From positions 1-17,512 of the IMG/VR virus record IMGVR_UViG_3300045988_030775: DNA of 17,512 nucleotides, one strand, 5' to 3'. Below, in pieces: positions 6,994 to 14,277 of the stretch. The notes beneath the pieces are model-generated. The model did not search any database. It saw nothing but the letters and a program-made list of their open reading frames with translations, and was not told the origin of the DNA. Each line of letters begins with the position of its first letter. Position 1 is the first letter of the stretch. This DNA comes from a virus. A program made the position numbers and the translations under genes.

Positions 6994-7949
6994 TGCAATA
7001 CACCTCCGATACCCGCGTCATACGAGGCGGGCATGTCAATATCCGTCGTACCGCTGGCGCTCGAATCCAGCGCGTTGGGTACGCCGGAGCTTTGCGCGTC
7101 CGCATACTCCACCCAGATGTTCAACTGTGGCCATAGGCGGTTGATCTCAGTCGCCGCCGTCTGCCGCGCCTTGAGAAAACTCAATCGGAACACGTCCACC
7201 TTCTCATTGGCTTGCGCCACCTCGTCGGAGATGAGCCGTTCCTTTTTTTCCGTGCCGCTGGACTGGATGCCCAAATATCCTAGTACCTCATTGGTCACTT
7301 GCGTTTTCTGCTGGATGAACTTGTCCAGCAGATAGGGGGTGGTGTTGGGCCACGGTTGGAACATACTACCGGGGTCCAGTGAATCGTAGCCGATAATATA
7401 ATCCTGCCCATCCTGCCGCTGTTGTAACATGTTCTGTACGGTGAGCTTGGTGCGCGGGTCGGCGGTGATGATGGTCGGCAGTTTCAGGCTCTCCAAGTTC
7501 ACGTCATATGCCTTGTCAATGTCGGCGAGGCGTCTCGCATACTGCCATAGGATATCTTTGAAACTCATGCGCATACGATTGTCCCAAATAGGGATGCACT
7601 CTCGGCCCGCCTTGAGTTGCCTGTAATGGTAGTTGACGCCCACCGGCTCGAAGTACGTCGGGTTGTTATACACGTTCAATCGGCCTTGATAACCGGCTTG
7701 CGTGGCGAGGAACCGACCTATGAGTTTGTCTTCGAAGAAGAGCGCGCACCCGTGTTCGCAGAGACACATTTCCAACCATCGTTCATCTACGGTTGGCGGC
7801 AGTCCCCGCCAGCTGAACCGGTTCAATGCCAGTTCGGTCAGCAGATGGCAGTACATTGCGTCAAGGCTGTCGGCGCGTGCCTTGGCGTAATTGCCACGCG
7901 GATGCAACGCGCCGCCCCTACGATTCTGATTTTTCCTCGACCTAGACAT
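6990..7949 (-). CDS. Head-tail connector / upper collar (portal) protein, phi29 gp10-like
   Basis: Motifs NRFSWRGLPPTVDERWLE and GTEKKERLISDEV, about 320 aa, located between the tail knob and the lower collar. Confidence 0.85.
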   Translation of the reverse strand: MSRSRKNQNRRGGALHPRGNYAKARADSLDAMYCHLLTELALNRFSWRGLPPTVDERWLEMCLCEHGCALFFEDKLIGRFLATQAGYQGRLNVYNNPTYFEPVGVNYHYRQLKAGRECIPIWDNRMRMSFKDILWQYARRLADIDKAYDVNLESLKLPTIITADPRTKLTVQNMLQQRQDGQDYIIGYDSLDPGSMFQPWPNTTPYLLDKFIQQKTQVTNEVLGYLGIQSSGTEKKERLISDEVAQANEKVDVFRLSFLKARQTAATEINRLWPQLNIWVEYADAQSSGVPNALDSSASGTTDIDMPASYDAGIGGVLQ

Positions 7950-7964
7950 GCCTCTAGTATAGCA

Positions 7965-10214
7965 CTAGAATAAGATGCCCGGCAATGGGTCGTTATCCGC
8001 CCAATCGGTCACGCCGATATCATCCGGGTTGGTCCATATAGTAGCCCCAGACTCGAACACGCCTTTAATGGTCTGCCGATACTGCTCGGGCAAATCACCT
8101 CGCACGTAACACTCTTGCATCTGCCAGTAGGTGAATTTTGTCATGCATTCCAGCGATTGCGGCGGCGTGATGAAACGCTGGATAAAATACCCGTAACGCA
8201 ACATGTACTCTCCGATGCTCCGCAGAGCTGAGGGTGCGCACGTCTTGAATCGAACCAACACCCCGACAATACCGTTCGCGAGGTTAAAACCGTCTCCGCC
8301 GATGGCGCCGGATGTGGTCGGGGGTGTTAATTGCATCTGCTGTACCTGTGCATTGATGCCCGCAATGGTGTTTTGATAGTCTCCGAACGCGGAACGTTGC
8401 GCGTAATCCGCGTTCATATCCGCCATATTTTGGGCCAACTGGTTTGAAAGCGCTGTAGTCTGAGAGCCGTATGTGTTGGCCTGACTTGTTGTGGCCGCGT
8501 TGGTACTCAGCGAGTTCGCCGTGGAAAGTTGGGCGGCGGTATTGTTGATACTGCGGTTCGCTTCAGTGTTGACACCATTCATGACCGTACCGCCTAATGC
8601 CGATACCGCGCCCCCGACATTGCCCGAAGCGGCGTTACCCGCCACCCCGACCACGCCGTTGACCACGTTATTCAGCTGTGCGAGGTCAGCTCGCTGATTG
8701 TTGATATACGTCGTGTTGTCCAGACTGGTGTTAAGCGAGGTTGCTTGTATCGCGTTATTGGCGTTGCGGTTGCCGATAGCGAGTTTGTTGGCTTGGGTAT
8801 TGTACTGGTTTTGCATGGCCGTGGCCGCAAGAGACTGACTGATGCCCATCTGTGCTTTTTGGTACGCCCAGTCAGCGGACTGTTGACTGTAGGAACGAGT
8901 GTAGGCACTGTTTGCCATTGCCAACTGGGCACCATTGTTGACTATCACAAATTGAGGGAAATTGCTGATGCCAAACGCGGCGTCCAACATTTCCCCGCTA
9001 TCAATGGGCAACCCATTGTTTTTATCAAGAGGAGCGATCTCGCTTGCACCCGCCTTATTGTACCCAACCGGGTAAAAGTTCAAGCGCGCGCCATTGGGCG
9101 CGTAATTATGCACCTCTCTGATAACCAGATTATCGCTTTGGATATTTTCGGGCTTATAGGTGATATTAGTGCCATTCAAGCAAGTGCATTCAACAGTAGA
9201 ATAGGGGTAGCATTTGAGTTTTTTAAGGTTTTTGTAACGTTTAGGGATATTAAAATTATCACGAAAATCATTAATGGTAATAATGTCTTCATATCTGCTG
9301 GGCGCATTTGTGGCCGACTGGGGGAAACGGTAGATACGATTATTTAATTCCGAAGGGAGTGTTTTCCCAAACAGCTTATCTACGACATAGCCGGATTGCT
9401 TAAGAAAGTCATCATCTAAAGAGGGTATCATGTACATGTTTACAATACCCTGTGTTATCCATGAAAAAGCAGAGCCCAATCCCATAAACACTTGGATAGA
9501 CTGGATATCCTTAAAGTACAGTATTTCAGCACCGTTAGCCATGTTCTCAAACAGAGAGCCGCCCGCAGTAGTGAGAGACGGTTTTTCCTGACTGCCCGCG
9601 TCCGCTGACAAATCTACCGTGCTCACGACTATTACGCCGTAATTCAGATTTTTCCCGTCCATGCTGATAAGAGACTTGTATTGTTGGTTTACCGTCACCA
9701 TTTCACTACCGGTGTCCAGCCCTTCGGGTAGTGCGAGGTAACTGCGACCATAATCGGTCATCTGGTTTTCGTTGGCAATGCCGATATGGCCTCGCACCAC
9801 ATAACATGAACCAAACCTAAGTACATGCTGGAACGACTGCCAAACGTCCAACTGTACAGTGAGCTGAGTCGTGTACGCATTGATGTAATCCACGTGGTTG
9901 ATGAAATAATACCAATACCGTGGCGCCTCCAAGTCGGGGTAATCGTTATACACCACGACATAGTTGTAGTTGGACGCCTCGTTAAATGGCAGTTCGACGC
10001 GCACGGGTTGGCCGAACATGTGCATGACTCCATGCACCCTGTCAATGCCGGGCCGTCGGTCAAACCATTCCTGTTGTTTCTGCGGTGATTCGAACCGGGC
10101 TAGGTCACGGTAACTGCTATCCCACGGCACGTTACAGAGTTTCAGCGACGTGTTGGGCGTCCATTGAGCCCAGTTAAACGTCGCCTCGACGTTAGGGTTG
10201 ATATCTCTCAGCAT
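7965..10214 (-). CDS. Distal tail / tail knob protein (phi29 gp9 position)
   Basis: 749 aa from ATG 10214 (MLRDINPNV), with SD AAAGGGA. The track start 10256 lies inside the parS palindrome. The gene follows the capsid gene as in phi29. Confidence 0.65.
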   Translation of the reverse strand: MLRDINPNVEATFNWAQWTPNTSLKLCNVPWDSSYRDLARFESPQKQQEWFDRRPGIDRVHGVMHMFGQPVRVELPFNEASNYNYVVVYNDYPDLEAPRYWYYFINHVDYINAYTTQLTVQLDVWQSFQHVLRFGSCYVVRGHIGIANENQMTDYGRSYLALPEGLDTGSEMVTVNQQYKSLISMDGKNLNYGVIVVSTVDLSADAGSQEKPSLTTAGGSLFENMANGAEILYFKDIQSIQVFMGLGSAFSWITQGIVNMYMIPSLDDDFLKQSGYVVDKLFGKTLPSELNNRIYRFPQSATNAPSRYEDIITINDFRDNFNIPKRYKNLKKLKCYPYSTVECTCLNGTNITYKPENIQSDNLVIREVHNYAPNGARLNFYPVGYNKAGASEIAPLDKNNGLPIDSGEMLDAAFGISNFPQFVIVNNGAQLAMANSAYTRSYSQQSADWAYQKAQMGISQSLAATAMQNQYNTQANKLAIGNRNANNAIQATSLNTSLDNTTYINNQRADLAQLNNVVNGVVGVAGNAASGNVGGAVSALGGTVMNGVNTEANRSINNTAAQLSTANSLSTNAATTSQANTYGSQTTALSNQLAQNMADMNADYAQRSAFGDYQNTIAGINAQVQQMQLTPPTTSGAIGGDGFNLANGIVGVLVRFKTCAPSALRSIGEYMLRYGYFIQRFITPPQSLECMTKFTYWQMQECYVRGDLPEQYRQTIKGVFESGATIWTNPDDIGVTDWADNDPLPGILF

Positions 10215-10239
10215 ACTATCCCTTTCATAAAGAAGGGAG

Positions 10240-10255
10240 TGTTTCACGTGAAACA
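10240..10255. promoter_or_regulatory. parS: parS-2, perfect consensus, core of a 30-bp palindrome (10233-10262)
   Basis: AAGGGAGTGTTTCACGTGAAACACTCCCTT. The 16-mer TGTTTCACGTGAAACA matches 16/16. Confidence 0.85.
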
Positions 10256-10264
10256 CTCCCTTTT

Positions 10265-10292
10265 ATTATATCGCAGATTAGGCGACTGTCAC
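10265..10292 (-). promoter_or_regulatory. Strong sigma-70/SigA-type promoter reading into parS-2 and the tail gene
   Basis: Minus strand: GTGACA (10287-10292), 16-nt spacer, TATAAT (10265-10270). The predicted +1 is near 10257-10259. Confidence 0.55.
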
Positions 10293-10405
10293 AGTGCTCT
10301 GACAGCTGACACCGAACAGCGCGGCCGTCAGCTTGGTGGAACCGGCGGCCACTCCAGTGACTAGGCCGGTATTATCCACTAGGGGTTCGCGTCATCAATC
10401 ATCAT
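10278..10405 (-). pseudogene. Scar of a decayed Big_2-domain gene (phi29 gene 8.5 position)
   Basis: SD GGAGG (10410-10414) precedes ATGATG and an 8-codon ORF, MMIDDANP-stop. In the -1 frame the sequence reads LVDNTGLVTGVAAGSTKLTAALFGVSCQSTVTVA-stop. That aligns with the capsid C-terminus TVSESGVVTGVKAGSSSVTATLFGVSGKKGVTVTAAA. Confidence 0.55.
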
Positions 10406-10420
10406 CCAACCTCCGGTATG

Positions 10421-10458
10421 ACAAAGCCCGGAGCGCTCACGTGGCTTGCGCTCCGGGC
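10421..10458 (-). terminator. Rho-independent terminator downstream of the capsid gene
   Basis: Minus strand: GCCCGGAGCGC, 11-nt loop, GCGCTCCGGGC, then TTTGT. Confidence 0.55.
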
Positions 10459-10480
10459 CTTGTATTGCATCTCGCCGTGA

Positions 10481-10508
10481 GAGAGGGTAGCCAGCCAGCT
10501 ACCCTCTC
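10481..10508. other. 11-bp stem hairpin immediately after the capsid stop codon
   Basis: GAGAGGGTAGC (10481-10491), loop CAGCCA, GCTACCCTCTC (10498-10508). Confidence 0.6.
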
Positions 10509-10514
10509 ATTATA

Positions 10515-12251
10515 TCACGCGGCCGCTGTCACGGTCACGCCCTTCTTGCCGGATACGCCGAACAGCGTGGCGGTGACGCTGGACGAGCCCGCCTTGACGC
10601 CCGTAACAACACCCGACTCGGACACGGTGGCGTTGTCTGAGGTGTCGGATGTCCAAGCGGCTTGCATGGTCACATCGGCGGTTCGCCCGTCAATCATGGT
10701 CGCCGTAGCGGTCGCCTGTGCCGTATGTCCCACGGTCACCGCCGGGACGGTCACGTCAATGGATGCGATGATCGACGGGTTGAATCCGATGACACCAGCA
10801 CCGACCACCGGCACGTTCAGGGCGGCGGATACGGTGCCCGGCACTTCCGGCGTTGCCGGATCCGTGTACAGGGCGGTCGCCGTAACCGGAATAGTGATGT
10901 TCGGCTCGTCAAGGCCGACCACCAGCACGCCGGTGGGCGAAATGTATGTATAATCGCTCTTCGACCTGGCGGTGTCGCCGATACGATATTCGACAGCATC
11001 CGAGCGGAACGTGGCCGCACCCTCGTTGGAGATGGTCGTATCGGCGGTGACCTGTACCGCTCCGCCACGCGCCACGCTGTCCGGCGTGGTCGCGCCTCCT
11101 CCGTACATGGCGAGTCTGAGCTGGAACGTCGGCGTCCCGGCCGTCGTGCCGGTCGGTGTCACCATCTTGGAGGTAGACCCCGCGCCCGTCCAGAACATCA
11201 CGGCCGGGGCGAAGCCGGACACTGAAATGATGTGCTGGACATGCAGATAATGGTTGACTGAATTGATATTGACCGGATTGGTTTGCTGGGTCATCTCGTT
11301 GATAACGGGAATGTCGATAAGGAATTTATCAGTGGTCAGAATGGCTTGCACGCCATCCATGCCAAACCTGTCCTGCGGGATGGTGATAATCCGGTCAATG
11401 GTCGGCTCCGCATCCGTGCGCTGGAACACCGTTGCCAGACCCTGAACATCAAGCGCCGACTTGACTTCGGGGGAGCAGAACAACACAAGCTCATCCGGGC
11501 GGGCAAACGTCGGCATGTGACGCGCATTGTACCGAGTGGATACGAATTTCAGTGTGTCGGCCCATGCGCGAATCTGGCGCAACATGTCGCGAGCGTCGGT
11601 TTCCGAACTGCCCATGTCGTTCAAATCATTGTTCATATGGACGCGCCAATAGCCGCCCAGTTTCGCGTATTCCACGAACTGGTGGCACATGGCCTCAAAC
11701 AAGTCAACCTCGGCGGCATTATAACAGGAGGTGAGAATCTGCGAGGTGAGCGAAGCTAGGCCGGTTTCAGAGGCGAAAGCACGCTGGAGCGTCTTGTCAT
11801 CCGTGGTAGCGGGGTAGAAGTGGGCAAAGTCAAGACGGTGGTAGAGCGAATCCACGTCGATTTTCCACTTGCGGAAATTATCCGCGCCCAGGTATTCCGC
11901 GTCCGGGTCGTACACCTGAGCGAGTGGCATACCCACGGCGATTTCCTGCCACGTGTCGCCAAACACCTGAGATGCGCGCTGGAACACGCTCAGTGGATTA
12001 TTCCAGCGCCACGTGTTCACATAGGTGCCGCCGATACGGTTCACCAGAGCCGAATAAAACTCGTTCTTGAGCTGGGTGGATGACATGAGGGTGGCCATCT
12101 GCCTGTCCATGTTCATCTGAGTGGCCGAGGGCATACGTCGCTGATATTCGGGGGATGCCTCGTTGCGAATCATATTGAGAATCTGCGCATTGTTGAATTC
12201 GGTGAGCGGTCGCAACTGCTGCTTCGGCGTCACCACTGGAGTGGTCGGCAT
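10515..12251 (-). CDS. Major capsid protein with a C-terminal bacterial Ig-like (Big_2) domain, phi29 gp8-like
   Basis: 578 aa following the scaffold gene. The C-terminal ~80 aa (VTVGHTAQATATA...VTGVKAGSSSVTATLFGVSGKKGVTVTA) has the Big_2 pattern, and phi29 gp8 also carries a BIG2 domain. Confidence 0.8.
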   Translation of the reverse strand: MPTTPVVTPKQQLRPLTEFNNAQILNMIRNEASPEYQRRMPSATQMNMDRQMATLMSSTQLKNEFYSALVNRIGGTYVNTWRWNNPLSVFQRASQVFGDTWQEIAVGMPLAQVYDPDAEYLGADNFRKWKIDVDSLYHRLDFAHFYPATTDDKTLQRAFASETGLASLTSQILTSCYNAAEVDLFEAMCHQFVEYAKLGGYWRVHMNNDLNDMGSSETDARDMLRQIRAWADTLKFVSTRYNARHMPTFARPDELVLFCSPEVKSALDVQGLATVFQRTDAEPTIDRIITIPQDRFGMDGVQAILTTDKFLIDIPVINEMTQQTNPVNINSVNHYLHVQHIISVSGFAPAVMFWTGAGSTSKMVTPTGTTAGTPTFQLRLAMYGGGATTPDSVARGGAVQVTADTTISNEGAATFRSDAVEYRIGDTARSKSDYTYISPTGVLVVGLDEPNITIPVTATALYTDPATPEVPGTVSAALNVPVVGAGVIGFNPSIIASIDVTVPAVTVGHTAQATATATMIDGRTADVTMQAAWTSDTSDNATVSESGVVTGVKAGSSSVTATLFGVSGKKGVTVTAAA

Positions 12252-12275
12252 GATGGGAAAAATCCTTCCTGATTA

Positions 12276-12617
12276 TTAGTCCTCAAACAAATCATCGAAC
12301 GTACTGTAAGCGCCGTTGTAGTCATCGTCTGTCATTTCAGCCGATTCCGGCGTCGCGTCGCCGTCCGGGCCATCGTTCAACACGTGGTCTGCGGCGGCGT
12401 CACGCATTGCCTCAATGGTTTTGGATAGTTCCGCCACGGTCGCCTCCAAGGCGCTCAACCGGTTGGCCATGTCGGCGGCTTTATCCTCGCCCGCGTCTTC
12501 CGGTTCGCCATTGTCCTGCGTTTCCGGCTCCGGGTTCGGCGTATTATCGTCGAGCGGCCCGGCGTCCGGCTCGGTGCCGGGCGTGGTGTCCGGCTCGGTG
12601 TTTTCGGTATCGTCCAT
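12276..12617 (-). CDS. Scaffolding protein candidate (acidic, helical core)
   Basis: Very acidic, with Pro/Glu/Asp-rich ends and the helical segment ANRLSALEATVAELSKTIEAMRDAAA. It lies directly upstream of the capsid gene. ATG 12617 follows SD AAGGGG. Confidence 0.6.
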   Translation of the reverse strand: MDDTENTEPDTTPGTEPDAGPLDDNTPNPEPETQDNGEPEDAGEDKAADMANRLSALEATVAELSKTIEAMRDAAADHVLNDGPDGDATPESAEMTDDDYNGAYSTFDDLFED

Positions 12618-12637
12618 AATCACCCCTTAAAGTAAGT

Positions 12638-12665
12638 GGCATGACGGCAATCACGCCGTCATGCC
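12638..12665. other. 11-bp stem hairpin upstream of the scaffold gene
   Basis: GGCATGACGGC (12638-12648), loop AATCAC, GCCGTCATGCC (12655-12665). Confidence 0.6.
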
Positions 12666-12803
12666 GGGTTGCTAGGCTGTGCGGGTTCCCTCGCCGTCGC
12701 TGGGCGCTGGCCGCGCACGTCTACATCCGACCGAATCGCCTTACCGACTTGCCTTACGGTCGGGCCATCGAATCGACTTGGGACGCACACCCCGCTACCG
12801 ACT

Positions 12804-12812
12804 ATTATAGCA
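12804..12812 (-). promoter_or_regulatory. Candidate extended -10 promoter (TGCTATAAT) overlapping the polymerase stop codon
   Basis: The minus strand reads TGCTATAAT, and the TAA stop of Pol lies inside the hexamer. There is no good -35. It would start a ~175-nt leader for the late operon. Confidence 0.35.
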
Positions 12813-14265
12813 TAAAAATATGGCCATCATCATTGAGATGACGTGACCCGGGTAGGAACTCATCATAGGGGATGGGAGCGGCGCGATGCACGCCACTCAA
12901 ACGCATTACCGTGTCGCCGTCTGTTTCCACGCCGCAATATTTGCGATTGCCGAGGATACGGAGCCTCTCATAGGTGTGGTCGTTTTTCCACGCGCCTAGT
13001 TTCCGGTCATCTGCTTCGATACCCATAGGCGCGTCCAGCCCGTCCAATATCATGCCGTCGGTGTCGGAGTAGAGCACGCGTTCTGCGTTCGCGTTCATGG
13101 CGCGAGATAGTATTTGCCGTCCGTAAGCGCTGACATACGCGGCGGTCGGCAACCATGCCAGACTGTTGGCCGACTCGGGTTTGTCCACGGTAAAATCCAC
13201 ACCACCATCCACGGACGGTTTCGGATGCAACATGGGACGGTAGAGCGAGGCGCCGAATTTCCCCACCAGCGAGTTTAGTAACAGTTTCGCCATCTGCTTG
13301 CGCTCCCCGGTCGCGGTTTGTTTCACGTGAAACCATTTGTCCACGTATGCATAATATAACCCATGTGACTTGCGGAACTTCCAGCCACCGACATACTCCC
13401 ACACGTGGATGTCATAGTTTTCGGTCAGCGTCTCCCAATCCACATCCGCGACCGGCATGGCAACGACGCCGAGCGTACTATCCAAGCGTTCTCCCTCATA
13501 CCCCCATACGGGTAGGATATTGGTGAGCGTCGCCGTTTTCCCCGTCTTCAAGCGCGCATCAAACGCGATAACATCGACATGGAGCGGATAATCATTGTCG
13601 TGTCGATATTCGCCGTCGTACCATATGGGTGAGCCTACCGGCATGGGGGCATCACGCATGATACTCGGGTAGAGACTGTTCACATCCCAGCTTCGGCAGT
13701 CCCGGTATTCGCCCGTCTTGCTGTGTACTATCGCCCCATAGTAGGCGGGGCGCATCCGATGATAAGCCTCTTTATCCAATGGCGGGAAATGACGCTTGAA
13801 TCCAGCGTAATCCCCGTCTATATAGTCGGTCATCGCCATAGATGCTATCGTAGTGCCCCTAAGGTTCAGGGCGGCGCATTCCTGTGCGATGTTCCACGTG
13901 GTTTCCAAGTCATCCGCACCGCCGAATGTTTCACGTGAAACATTCAGGCCATCATCACGTGTGACATTGCGCACGTCCATAAAATCCACGGTGATGCCGC
14001 CCATGCGCACGCGAAAACCGTAGAAGTGGCCGCGAATGTTGAACGTTCCCCAAACGCCGTCCTTGGCTGGATTCGATTGCAAGGGGAGTCGTGTCAATAG
14101 TTCGGCGGCTATGGGCTTGATGTCCTGCCATCCGTGGGCGCACCATACGCGCGTGTGATAATCGAGCATGGTAAGCCGGATGACGGCGTTCGCCGTCAAT
14201 GGTTCCATGCCGTCATCCGTCAATAGTGTTGCGCCGTCTGTTGCCGCCGTTCGACGCTCTTTCAT
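12805..14265 (-). CDS. Family-B DNA polymerase, protein-primed (phi29 gp2-like), compact at 486 aa
   Basis: Motif A WDVNSLYPS, motif B KLLLNSLVGKFG, motif C YSDTDG, KxY-like NRKYCG, and Exo III YIDGD. Exo I and Exo II look atypical (see findings). Confidence 0.9.
   Translation of the reverse strand: MKERRTAATDGATLLTDDGMEPLTANAVIRLTMLDYHTRVWCAHGWQDIKPIAAELLTRLPLQSNPAKDGVWGTFNIRGHFYGFRVRMGGITVDFMDVRNVTRDDGLNVSRETFGGADDLETTWNIAQECAALNLRGTTIASMAMTDYIDGDYAGFKRHFPPLDKEAYHRMRPAYYGAIVHSKTGEYRDCRSWDVNSLYPSIMRDAPMPVGSPIWYDGEYRHDNDYPLHVDVIAFDARLKTGKTATLTNILPVWGYEGERLDSTLGVVAMPVADVDWETLTENYDIHVWEYVGGWKFRKSHGLYYAYVDKWFHVKQTATGERKQMAKLLLNSLVGKFGASLYRPMLHPKPSVDGGVDFTVDKPESANSLAWLPTAAYVSAYGRQILSRAMNANAERVLYSDTDGMILDGLDAPMGIEADDRKLGAWKNDHTYERLRILGNRKYCGVETDGDTVMRLSGVHRAAPIPYDEFLPGSRHLNDDGHIFML
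13319..13334. promoter_or_regulatory. parS: parS-3 (15/16; 14-bp core intact) inside the polymerase ORF
   Basis: TGTTTCACGTGAAACC. On the coding strand it encodes WFHVKQ. Confidence 0.75.
13927..13942. promoter_or_regulatory. parS: parS-4, perfect consensus inside the polymerase ORF, core of a 22-bp palindrome (13924-13945)
   Basis: GAATGTTTCACGTGAAACATTC. It encodes LNVSRETF. Confidence 0.85.
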
Positions 14266-14277
14266 GAATCCATCCTT

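Noticed and set aside
7953-7967. Short palindrome CTAGT-ATAGC-ACTAG between the tail and connector genes
   Set aside because: It has only a 5-bp stem and no flanking signal, so it is likely fortuitous.
10215-10256. N-terminal extensions MFHVKHSLLYERDS (tail gene) and MFHTHKGGA (TP gene, 15223-15249)
   Set aside because: Both arise from reading through the parS palindrome or half-site (GTG TTT CAC ...). Better SD-linked starts lie downstream, at 10214 and 15222.
10333-10953. Long plus-strand ORFs antisense to structural genes (for example 10333..10953, 10662..11225, 3557..4099, 8745..9347, 15633..16238, 14281..14871, 6793..7335)
   Set aside because: These are shadow frames of GC-balanced minus-strand genes. 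They are Arg/Pro/Cys/Gly-rich, lack an SD, and each is fully overlapped by a motif-supported gene on the other strand.
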